A stretch of DNA of 62,995 nt, the filler included, from Hydrolagus affinis (Eukaryota): the NCBI GenBank assembly GCA_012026655.1. It is 4 parts of 4 records of this genome, joined end to end, with 100 filler letters (N's around TTAATTAATTAA, not from the genome) between each part and the next. Parts side by side here need not be neighbours in the genome. Positions count along the whole stretch, not along the records: positions 1 to 10,324 come from JAAILG010025542.1; 3 more parts are not named here. One strand, written 5' to 3'. The notes below the pieces were generated by a model. The model searched no databases. It was not told the DNA's origin and saw only the letters and a program-made list of their open reading frames with translations. Position numbers and translations under genes: made by a program. This document shows positions 1 through 10,424 of the stretch, one piece after another (position 1 is the first letter of the stretch; every line of letters begins with the position of its first letter).

Positions 1-888
1 AACTCTCTACCTCCCCCTTCCTTCTCTCTCCCCCTCCACTCCCAACTTTCTCCATCTGCCCATCCTATCTCACCCTCTTTTCTATTCTCCTGCCCCTAGA
101 CCCTACCCCGATCCCTTCCCCTACTGATCTGGTCCCGACTTCGTTGTACAGCACATTCGAACTTCCTCCCAAAGGGAAAGGCGCTCTCTCAGTAATTTTG
201 TTGCTCTCGTTGTTAGTTTGTCTTTACCGACTCACAACAGAGGCCCTCTCTACATCACGCCGCCGTTTACCCTCTGGAAGTCTCATCACTTACTTTCCTC
301 TCACTGCCCTCGCCAATTGCCAATTTATTCAACAGTCACCCACAAATCAGTCCTTTCGGCTCACTGCTCACGTACACAGTTCGTCAATCCCTTTCCTTAA
401 ATAGCTTCTCGCCCCGACCTCCTCCATCTCCCAAATCCGCTGTCACCAGCCATCACTTCACACGCCAATGTGACTCTCCTGACGTGAAAGGCTCTGTACA
501 AGTATAATTTAGTCTCTAACGCTGCTACAGAACATCCCTGTGTTACACACAGCCACTGTGTTGTCCAGCGAGGAGAGAATGCATCTCATATCTGTCGCCA
601 TCGCCTTCCACTTCTTACAACGTGAGTTTTTATTCCAATTATACGGCACGAGTGAATACCATCGTTACCCTTTGCCTTATCGTAATTTACATTATTCCAC
701 GCTTTGATACAGAGGCTTCTCACGTCGATGAAACGTCTTAATTCGCTTCGCAGAGTAAATTGTTTGTCGAAGTGAACGTACTTTTTCTTTTTTTATTTTG
801 CGGGCAAAAATCAGCAGCCGATTGCGATCGATTAATCTTTTCTGCTTGTATTCGATTCAGTAAACATGATCGTATACTTATATCATTA

Positions 889-949
889 ATGTATTCATTG
901 AAATCAATTGAATTCATTCCAAGCATCGGGATTTGCTGCTGATGTACAG
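889..949 (+). pseudogene. candidate leader exon of NAR-type V 1, with in-frame TGA at 940-942
   Basis: ATG at 889 to phase-1 donor ACAG|GTCAG at 949/950 (61 nt), 49 nt before the V acceptor; reads MYSLKSIEFIPSIGICC*CT. The paralog near 54158-54230 keeps the donor but has no clean ATG frame. Confidence 0.4.
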
Positions 950-998
950 GTCAGAGTAGTGCCTGTGTTAATCTGATGTCCTATTGTACATTTTTCAG

Positions 999-1287
999 AT
1001 GTTTTCAGTCAGACAGTAACACAGACACCAACCTCTGTTACTAAAGAAGAATGCGATTCTTTGACCATCAACTGCGTCTTTGCAAAAGGGAGTTCGGGGA
1101 TCTACAGCTCTATTAGCTTCGCATTTCGAAGGCAGTTTCCAAATGGAGGAGATTGGAAGCCTATCCCTAATGAAAGACGGTTTGATGTTATCAAAGTGGG
1201 ATCAAAGACATCTAGACTGGAAGTTAATGATTTGCAAGTAGCAGACAGCGCTACCTACAGATGTACAGGTGGATATTGGTGGAAGAA
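999..1287 (+). CDS. NAR-TCR-type (VNAR-like) V segment with 22-bp RSS
   Basis: Acceptor TTTTCAG at 992-998; open frame DVFSQTVTQTPTSVTKEECDSLTINC...DSATYRCTGGYWWK; short Cys-Cys span lacking CDR2; extra FR1 Cys. RSS CACAATG 1288-1294, 22 bp, ACAAAAAGC 1317-1325. Confidence 0.88.
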
Positions 1288-1678
1288 CACAATGCTGCAT
1301 CCAGGCTTCCTAGAATACAAAAAGCCCCTTCGCGAATTCAAAGAAAATACGCAGACAATGTGACTTTGTCAATGAATTCAATGCACATTTTCCATTGCTG
1401 TGTGTTGTGCAATGGTGTTTCATAACACTCTCTTCAAGATCAAACGTTAGTGATGAACAGATTGAAAAATGTCGTGAGTATGAATTGACTTTAAGTGTTG
1501 AATCCAATTAGCATATATTGCTGTTTAAGGAAGTGAGATGGATGGCATGTGAAGTTCTACTAGGAAAATGTTCAATATAATTGTTCACTTTATATCATTG
1601 TTTGGTAATTTTAAATGGCTAGAGAATATTACACTTGTTCTGCAAAATAATGTATTTGTGTTGACAGCAAATACTGTG

Positions 1679-1698
1679 GTAGATATAGTTGGGGAGGC
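1679..1698 (+). other. D segment (20 nt) flanked by 12/12 RSS
   Basis: TGTATTTGT 1651-1659, 12 bp, TACTGTG 1672-1678; core GTAGATATAGTTGGGGAGGC; CACAGTT 1699-1705, 12 bp, ACAAATACC 1718-1726. Confidence 0.88.
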
Positions 1699-2073
1699 CA
1701 CAGTTGAATCAATCAGCACAAATACCGTGCAGCTATTTACGTGGAAATACATTGTACCTGAACACTAACTTCTGTGTACTGTTGTATTGTGCTACATTTG
1801 TCAGATGTATACTTTCGAAATTACTCATTTCAAGCCGATGTTTCTGGAATTATTAACAGTAGGTTGTTTTCTGGGCTAGGCACGTTGTCAGTGTTTGGTG
1901 GAACTAATATTGAAATTAAACCTGTTTTGGAAAAAGTGTATGTCTGTTGAGACCATGGTAGAGATATAGAAACTGATAGAAACTGATAACTAACTTGTAC
2001 GTATTGTCTGTATTCAGTCATGATAAGATAGAACAGTTTTTGCACCTTGTATAACGAGTGGTGTGTGACTGTG

Positions 2074-2129
2074 TTATGATGCGTACTATACTAAAGATGG
2101 ATCCGGAACCAAAGTCACGGTAACAAAAA
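2074..2129 (+). CDS. NAR-type J segment with 23-bp RSS
   Basis: AGTTTTTGC 2035-2043, 23 bp, GACTGTG 2067-2073; encodes YDAYYTKDGSGTKVTVTK; phase-1 donor GTAAG at 2130. Confidence 0.9.
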
Positions 2130-3129
2130 GTAAGTGTGGGTAATTTCTATCATCCTAAAATAAAACTTTATTTACGTGAATTTCTCAAATGCATTATTCT
2201 AAAAAAAAATGCTCCTAGTTATTCGCTAGTGTGTAATTTTAACAATCAACTTGAAGGTTTTTGGAAAACACATCATATGTTTGTTATTTTGAAAAGGCTG
2301 TTTCTTTAGTATATTATCTGCATTTCATTATTTTGTAGAGTCATTGAATTTTTCTGGAGAGTTTCCAAAGAAACATGCCTACAGGATATGTTGAATGTAA
2401 ATTCAGGTAACTAACAAACGTAGGAAATGCTAGTTCCAATGGCGTATTCTAACCTTGTCCGCCTCGATTCTCCCGAGATGTCAGATCTCCTTTGACTGAA
2501 CTGACTCCAATATGAAATGCACCATAAACAATTCCATCAGAAACCCGCCTTTTCGAAGCGGGGTCATAAAATTGAAAGGTGCTCTCTCTGTATACGTTGA
2601 GTGTTTCCAACGAATTCTATGTTTGACTCGACAGCAACAAATCCAATAAATATTGAAGAACGCGAACACACGTTATTCTGCCAAAATATAAGGAACAAAA
2701 GTTCAAGGAGGAATTGAAACTGTTAAAGAGAGTGAGACGAAAGAAAGAAAAAAATAATTTATGAACATTTTGTCAGTAATGTTTGTGTTGCTGGCAGCAT
2801 TAATTCATCTTGATCTGTTTAGGCACAGAATCAAACCTGTGTCATTATGGTATGATGAAGAATATACAGAAGATGGGAGTTTTCTGGGAGCTGAATTGTA
2901 TCCAGGTTGACATTAAATGGAAGGGCACACTATAAAATGAGATGACGAACAGAATCTCTAATCAACCCGTTCCCATTATATCTGAAAGTGGATGAGCTTC
3001 AGGCAGTGTACGGTTTTGCAAGCAACAGAAGCTAATTCTCCCCCTTCAGCACTGCAAGGGAAAGCGATAGATGTCCGGATTTGCAAGCCGGTTAATCTAT
3101 TATAAAAATAATAATCCTTCCACGTTTAA

Positions 3130-3430
3130 ACATAGCGCTATTCTTGTCTTCTAGACGTCTCAAAGCGCTTCACAGAATATACTGTAAAGCGAATTGACAC
3201 TGTACTTGTGGGCGAAACGCGGCAGATAATTTCTCACAGCACTTTCCCACAAATTGTTTTGTGTTGAGATGACCAATACGATTCTAGTCTTCTTATGGAA
3301 GTATTATTATCAGGCTTGTGTACGGAGTAAGGAAACTTTCCCAAGTAATCTTCCTGATGTGCCTGGATTCTAACATAGGTCTAACGCTTGTGAGGCGAGT
3401 TCTCTAACCGCTGAGCTACAGGACTCCACC
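3130..3430 (-). mobile_element. tRNA-headed Deu-core SINE
   Basis: tRNA-like head, degenerate core (TGCCGCGTTTCGCCCACAA on the minus strand), GTGAAGCGCTTTGAGACG tail. Confidence 0.65.
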
Positions 3431-4475
3431 ATTGCATTCAAGTTGATATAAATTGGAATGCAGACCAGTGAAACAGGTTTGGGTCTCTAACCAATCTACT
3501 CTCATTATCTCTGAAAGTGAAAGCGCAACAGGCAGGATCTGTTTTCCAAGTAAGTCAAGCTGCAAGTCTATTTGACAGAACATGTGTATTCAATGGCTTA
3601 AAGCAGTATTTGCTTGGAATATATTCGGGGCAGACACATTTTCACAGTGACACAGTATTCATTTTTTGGCTTGGAAACTCTTATTCATGGTGTTGTATTT
3701 TGACATGTTTCAACTACAGTCGAATGGAGTCTTTACAGACCACTTTAAGGAGCAGCCCACACAATCACTTTCCCAATAGTGTTGAAATTTTTTCGCTTGT
3801 AAGTAAAGCAACGATACCTTTCTCCCCACCAATATAGGCACATTGAAAAGACAGAAAAAGAACAGTGATCACTAGGTTAATTGTTTCGAATTATTCTCTT
3901 TCGAATTTAAAGATGAATTTTTGCACTCCAACTTCTACGGTAGAGACAACAATTGTCTGTTGTGTTTCCACCATTGCTTTCATGGGAGGGCGTCCCGAGG
4001 AGCTAACTGTCATCGTTACAACGTGAGGCAACACATGAATTGAAGCCAAATCTTGAGATTGATTCAGATGAGCTGCAGATAATACTGAATAATGAATATT
4101 GACAATACTCAAAAGGCAGATACTTCACTCAAAGGATAGTGAGTTTATTGAGTTTTCTAACCCAAAGGTCTGTAGATGCTCAGTCCTTGAACATATTCAA
4201 GATTGAGGTTGATGTGTTGCTTGTGGATAAAGGGTTTAAGAGATGCGGGCATAAGGCGGATAGGTGGAATTAGGATAGATCAGCCATGAACCTATTAAAT
4301 GGTGGTGCAGGATTGAGGGGTCGAATGGCCTTCTCCTCCTGATTCTTATGTTCTAATATTAACTTCCATTAAAACATTGTGCCTTCTCCTCCTGATTCTC
4401 ATGTTCTTATGTTCTAATTTTATGTTATTATGTTCTAATACTAACTTCCATTAAAACATTGTATATATATTTCAG

Positions 4476-4826
4476 AAGCTTACAGTGTCTCGGTAAAACA
4501 GACACCAACATCTCTGCAGAGAAAGGAATGCGAGTCGATGACTATCAACTGTGTATTTGAAGCACAATTGGATGTGAATTTCAAGAGCATGGAATTTGTT
4601 AGACAAGTTGGCAAAGAGACACTGCGGGTGTCCATCCCTGCTGATGATCGGTTTGTAATAAAAACCGGAAAAGGATCGACTCCGTTATCTTTACAAATCA
4701 ATAACTTGGAAGTTGAAAACAGCGCTACCTATTACTGCAGAGCTCGATATGACGAATATCACTGCACAGTGGGAAACTCGATAAAAACCAAAGATGGGAC
4801 TGGAACCAGATTAACTGTAACAAAAA
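4476..4826 (+). CDS. germline-joined NAR-type V-CDR3-J exon
   Basis: Acceptor TTTCAG ending at 4475; one open frame AYSVSVKQTPTSLQRKECESMTINCVF...ATYYCRARYDEYHCTVGNSIKTKDGTGTRLTVTK; phase-1 donor GTAAG at 4827. Confidence 0.88.
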
Positions 4827-5648
4827 GTAAGTGAGGATAGATTCAAGCAATTGCTAGCACAAAATTTATTCAGGACCATTCGCTAAAAATACTCGTATTC
4901 GTCGATCTATCCAAGGTAAAATGATTGGCCATAGGATGTAGGGTTTGATTTCACTCTCTGTGATCAGTCTCATTTCCGTTCGTTAAACAAAAGGGATCTA
5001 CAAAACTCCAGGTCCCAGTTTATGTTTTTGTGTATCAAGCTCAGCATCTTGGTACACAAATAAGCAAATAATTGTGCGTTAGTTCAGATGCATTCCACTT
5101 TCTGCCAGGATTGAAAACAGGATGCTAATTTACTTGTGTTAATGTCTGATTAATTAAAAACAAACAAACAAACAAACAAACACGGCATTGCAGTGGCAGA
5201 TTATCCAGTTGGCGGGAAACACTTCTGAGTTGGAAGCTTGTGAGTTGAAGCACAAATTGCATATTGAACTCATTCAATGAGAGATAAAACTCATACGCTT
5301 TACTGGGATTTTGGTGTACAAAGTTGCCTTCCTTCGTCGTCACTCAAACTGCACCTTTTGGAGCACATCGATCCGTTTTCCTGGCAAGAAATAAATTTAT
5401 TGGTAAACTATGTGTTCAAACAGCAAACAGGTACAGAATAAAATGCATCTTAAAGTAAACAGATGGTTAGCTAGATTGGTTAGGAAGAAGCAGGGATGGA
5501 GAGTAAGACGAATAGATCTCAGCATTGTGGTACAATGGCTCGTGGAATGAGATGCAACGACGCAAAGATACTAAGGTAAGACTACAAAAAATACAAGTAT
5601 ATAACAGATAAACGGAAACAAACGTTTGCTTATGTCCTACGTGAAACC

Positions 5649-5757
5649 CAAGCAAGCCAAGCCAAGCCAAGCCAAGCCAATCCAAGCCAAGCCAAGCCAA
5701 GCCAAGCCAAGCCAAGCCAAGCCAAGCCAAGCCAGCAAGCCAGCAAGCCAAGCAGCA
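5649..5757. repeat. (CAAGC)n microsatellite
   Basis: Direct pentamer tandem array. Confidence 0.95.
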
Positions 5758-5894
5758 AGAAAATATTGATTTTCAATTTTTTAGAACAATAATAATTTAT
5801 TAGAAGAATAATTTATTCTGCTCAAAATGATACTGCATTGAGAGGCTCAAAGACTCAGAGAGACATTATATTGGAAACAAGTCAGAGAGTTCAG

Positions 5895-6087
5895 CTCCTC
5901 CGGCAGCAATGATCAAGTAACAACTTTTACAGAGGGGAATTCCATCTCCCTGAACTGTAAACTAACTTATTTAACTGTACTCACTGACATCTGGTTCTCT
6001 GCTAAATATTCCCATGATCAAAGACAAGCAAAGCTTCAATGTGGGCAATCTCCTATCGCAAACAACTTTACGGCTAAGCAAGCATAA
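5895..6087 (+). pseudogene. degenerate V-segment fragment
   Basis: One frame reads ...TFTEGNSISLNCKLTYLTVLTDIWFSAKYS... (FR1-Cys-CDR1-Trp pattern), then stops; no second Cys or RSS. Confidence 0.35.
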
Positions 6088-7084
6088 TTTAACTAAATCG
6101 TGTATATATCAGAGATAATAAGAATCCTTGCATTTAATGAAATGCTTTCCAGATCTTTGAGGTATCTCAAAGCTGTACAGCTTACATAGTAAACTGTAAA
6201 GAGTATACAAATATACAGTCAAATAAACTTTCACTGTATTCTGTGAAGCGTTTTGAGGTTCTAGCATAGTTGAAATCTGCTATGTCAACCGCAAAGATTA
6301 TTATTATTATAGTCAAGTATTGAGTCTTATTATTATTGAGAGCTATATTGTTTGCGGGCGAAATGATATGGACAACGAAGCACAGAAATATCATACAAGC
6401 AGTCTAAGCTTGACTTACCCAATGGATAAATATTTATAACATATATACATATATATATATATCAGTGATGATTGTCACCGGAAATCGGCAGAAAATTCGG
6501 TTTCCATTTACTGCTAGGAGAAAAGAAGCTTAATAAATTCGAGTATTTAATGAGAGGTCATATAAATTGTGATACGGAAATAGGCACATGGGTTCTGTCT
6601 GCACTACAATCCGTATTAAATTCAGCAGCTCATCATTCCTCTGTTTTCCCACCAGTGAGATAATAATATTCCTTATATTTGATAAACTAAAAACTTTCTT
6701 GGAAACATTAAAGTTTTTAGTGGATACATGGGAAGGATCTCAGAGACTTGGACAGTGTACTAAGGAGTTTTATCAGAATGGTAAAGGGATGGGGCACTTG
6801 GCATGAATGAAGAGACGAGAGCTAGGCAAGGTTCTTCTTGGAACAAAGAAGTTTAAGGGAGTGATTGATAATTGCAATTTTTCACAATCTGGAATGCGCG
6901 CCTGAAACTATGATAGAAGCAGATTGAGTAATAAATTTCAAATGGTGTTTGTATAAGCAGAGAAATCCAAGTGAAATATGCTGGAGGCCTATATAATAGG
7001 AGCATGGGTGTGGGATTAGATGGACAGCACATTCGAATGCCTATACGGAAGCAGTGCCTTCTTCTTTGCTGTAAGATTGTAGTG

Positions 7085-7392
7085 GAGTCCTGTATCTTAA
7101 TGATTAGAGCACTCTATTTACAAGCGTAAGACATGTGTTCGAATCCAAGCAGGTCAGATCAAAAGCATGGGCAAGTTTCGTTACTTCACGCGCCTAATAA
7201 TCATTATTCCAAAATAGCCACAATAATAAAATTGGTCATTTCAATCCACGTGGTACAGTGCCCTGAGCAATTGGCTGCCGCATTTCGCCCACAATTATAC
7301 TGAGAATTCACTTTACAGTTTAATCTGCAAAGCGCTTTTAGACGCCAAGAAAATATCAAAAGTGCTATACAAAATGCAAGGATTATGATTGC
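7085..7392 (+). mobile_element. tRNA-headed Deu-core SINE
   Basis: A/B-box-like head (GTTCGAATCC), core GCAATTGGCTGCCGCATTTCGCCCAC, tail TGCAAGGATTATGATT. Confidence 0.7.
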
Positions 7393-7440
7393 TATATTAC
7401 GACTTGTAGTTCCAACTAATCTCTATTTTGCACCCCATAG

Positions 7441-7766
7441 GATCGAGTTATCCATTTGAACTTTCAGCGAATTATACAGTTTCTCAGTCACCGCCTGAAC
7501 AAACGGATATTGTAGGTGAGAGAGTGGATTTACAATGCCAATATTCAGGAATCTGCGGACAGAATTTGAGTGTCTCCTGGTACCGTCAGTTCCCTGGTGA
7601 GGCACCGATATACCTTCTCCACAGAAGCCCCTCAAGAGAGGAAGAAAAGCCCACTAGAGATCATATTTCTGCTTCACTTGACACTGCCAAGAAAAGCAGC
7701 ATGTTAACAATCGCCAGCCTGCAGCTGCAAGACTCCGCTATGTATCAGTGTGCAGTCAGTCTCCAC
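7441..7766 (+). CDS. NAR-TCR supporting TCR-delta-type V (CDR1 Cys, no leader found), 23-RSS
   Basis: Phase-1 acceptors at 7440 (CATAG) and 7467 (TTTCAG); YTVSQSPPEQTDIVGERVDLQCQYSGICGQNLSVSWYRQ...DSAMYQCAVSLH; RSS CACAGTG 7767-7773, 23 bp, ACAATAACC 7797-7805. Confidence 0.85.
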
Positions 7767-10324
7767 CACAGTGATACACATCATAGGAAGCCTCGTACAA
7801 TAACCCTCATCAAAACCAAACACTGGCAAACAGTAAAGAGAAGTGAGACACCATGGAACAAACCCTCAGCTAACTGTCGCCAAAGCTTAAATTTTACTGA
7901 CTTCATATCAAGTCAATTAAAAACAAGTGATGCATCACTAGCTGTGTATTTTATGTGTTGATTAATCAACCGATAGAAGATTGTGATACATGTTTGTTAG
8001 AATTAAGACATGTGGATAATAACAGCAGTAATAAAAATAATCATTGCAGTTGATACAGCGCTTTTCACTCAAAGCAATTCACACAATATATTGTCAAGTG
8101 AATTGACTGTATTTATGGGAGAGAGAAACGCGGCAGGCAATTGCGCACAGCAACGACCCCAAACACAGAAGTGGATTTAAATGACCAATGTGTTATTGGT
8201 GATAGATTATTATTGGGCGTGTGGATTAAGGAAATTTGCCTAAGGTTTCGCCCTGTGTGTGTTCCAAACACAGTTCTCACTGTGTGTGGAATCCACTCTT
8301 ATGCACATTTCGTAAATAATGCGAATGTTGTAAAGTAATATTTCGTTTTGATAAAATGAATAATACACAAGGAATAAGCAGACCGCTATTTTAATACAAC
8401 AGAGTTCCTAATGATTGTATGTCAAACTGAGGCATGTGGAGTATGGATATCTGCCTAATGCGTTGCACTGTCCATGGTATCGAACCCAACAACAACAACA
8501 AAATGACGTGTGTAGAGCGCCTTTCACGTCGGGAGTTCCACTGAAGAGATTGACTGTCACTGTGGCTGCGTCTAACATAGCCACGTGTTACCATGCGATC
8601 ACACAAGCCATGTTCCAATCAGACTGCTGTCAGCCTGCCCCACTTTACATTAACCTGCTAATAGGAGAGAAATGGTTTAATCTCAGCACAGATGCCTGGA
8701 CTGACTGTTGCCATATTTGACAATCTGTTGTCTCAGCCGCTGTATCTCAGAGGAAAGTCGTGACGGATTTCGAACCACAAGCAAAAGCAGTGATTCAGTG
8801 GTTCATGTAGGGAAAGAGTTGAATTAGATATAATAAATTTTACATTTTGTACATTTGGTAAATTCGAATTTTTACATTTATTCTTACACACACTATGTTG
8901 CCGTCAGACTATACCACTGAAATCAAATCTCCCAAGGGCAGACAAATGGTTTAATCACAGCACAGATGTCAGTACTGACAGTTGACATATTACACAATTA
9001 CTGACTTTGCTGCTGCGTCTCTCAGAGGAAACACGTGACAATACAATATCTCAACTGCGAACCAAAGTGGTGGATACATTCATGTACTGAAAGAGGGAGA
9101 GTCATCAAAGTAATAATAATTATCATTGATTTTGATGCATCACATAATCTAGAGACTTGAATAGTTTCGCACAGATGTGTCCCACTGTGGACTCCTGTAT
9201 CTCAGTGTTAAGACGACTCGCGTTGCAAACATGTGTCCTGTGTTCCAATCCAGGTAAACCCTTGTGCAAATTTCCATACTTTGTTTCCTTATGCGCACAC
9301 ACGTCCAAACAGACACAGACACACACACACACACACACACGTACACACAAAGAAAACCACACAAAACCGCTTCGTAATAATCCTACCAAAGATAAACACA
9401 ATAATAAAATTAGTCATTTCAATTCATGACTGTTGCTGGGGAGGCTGCTGTGTGCAATTGGCTGCGGCGATTCGGTCAATAATCTATAGTCAATTCACTT
9501 GACATGATCGAATATTGTTGGGAAAAACGCGGTAGCACAGCAAAGATTTGTGGACTGAAATAACTTATGCAACAATTTTTTTGGAGAGATTATTATTAAT
9601 CAGCTAGAGTACAGAAAGTTGAACAATTCGAATCGATTATCGAGATTTTGACAGAGGGAATGAATGTCCACGTCGACAGCGTATGTGAGGATCGCTGAGT
9701 TAGCGTGACATACAACATGGTAACATAGCAGATTCCTTTCCTCCTTCAATGCCTGGATCAACAGGTTTCTTCTCAACTGTGTTTTCAGTGGTATTCCCAC
9801 CCCCCCCCACACTCGACCCCCATAGCTCGCCTTGCACTCATCAATCTCTCGTTGTGGAGCCTGCTAGCTCAGTAGATAGAACACTCGACTTAAATGCGAG
9901 ACGTGGGTTCGACTTCAGGCGGGAGATACCTTTGGCAAATTTCCTTACTCCACACACTTAATCAAATTCCTCCACAACCAAATTGGACAAACAATCTGCG
10001 ACATGTTGTGTGATGCTACTGTATGTAATTGGCAGCCGCGTTTCGCCCACAAATGTACAGTCAATTCGTTTGGCAGTGTGCAGTCAGACGCCCCTTAACG
10101 TAGCAACTCGCTTTTGTGAAAATGCAAGTCTAAGCTAGACAACGTTAAGCGAATACATTTTCACAATAAGAATAAATGGGAAACTTGGAGTTCGGAAATT
10201 TTGGATATTTTCCATCAAACAATTGTGCAAAAAAAAAAGATTCTCGCTCCCTGATTGCCTACCCGGCACACGCATGTAGAACATACGTGACACTTACACT
10301 CACTCGCTTCCTGCCCGGCTCAAA

Positions 10325-10424
10325 NNNNNNNNNNNNNNNNNNNNNNNNNNNNNNNNNNNNNNNNNNNNTTAATTAATTAANNNNNNNNNNNNNNNNNNNN
10401 NNNNNNNNNNNNNNNNNNNNNNNN
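10325..10424. other. 100-nt unsized gap with TTAATTAATTAA linker (also 35830-35929 and 52227-52326)
   Basis: 44 N + TTAATTAATTAA + 44 N, identical at three sites. Confidence 0.95.

Larger units (their letters stand above)
1..2660. repeat. inverted segmental duplication with about 52390-55400
   Basis: V, D, J, RSS spacers and flanks align by eye in reverse complement. Confidence 0.85.

Noticed and set aside
5467-5751. LAWLG-repeat ORF
   Set aside because: Translation of the (CAAGC)n microsatellite.
10369-10380. TTAATTAATTAA motif at three sites
   Set aside because: Always centred in a 100-nt N block; an assembly linker.
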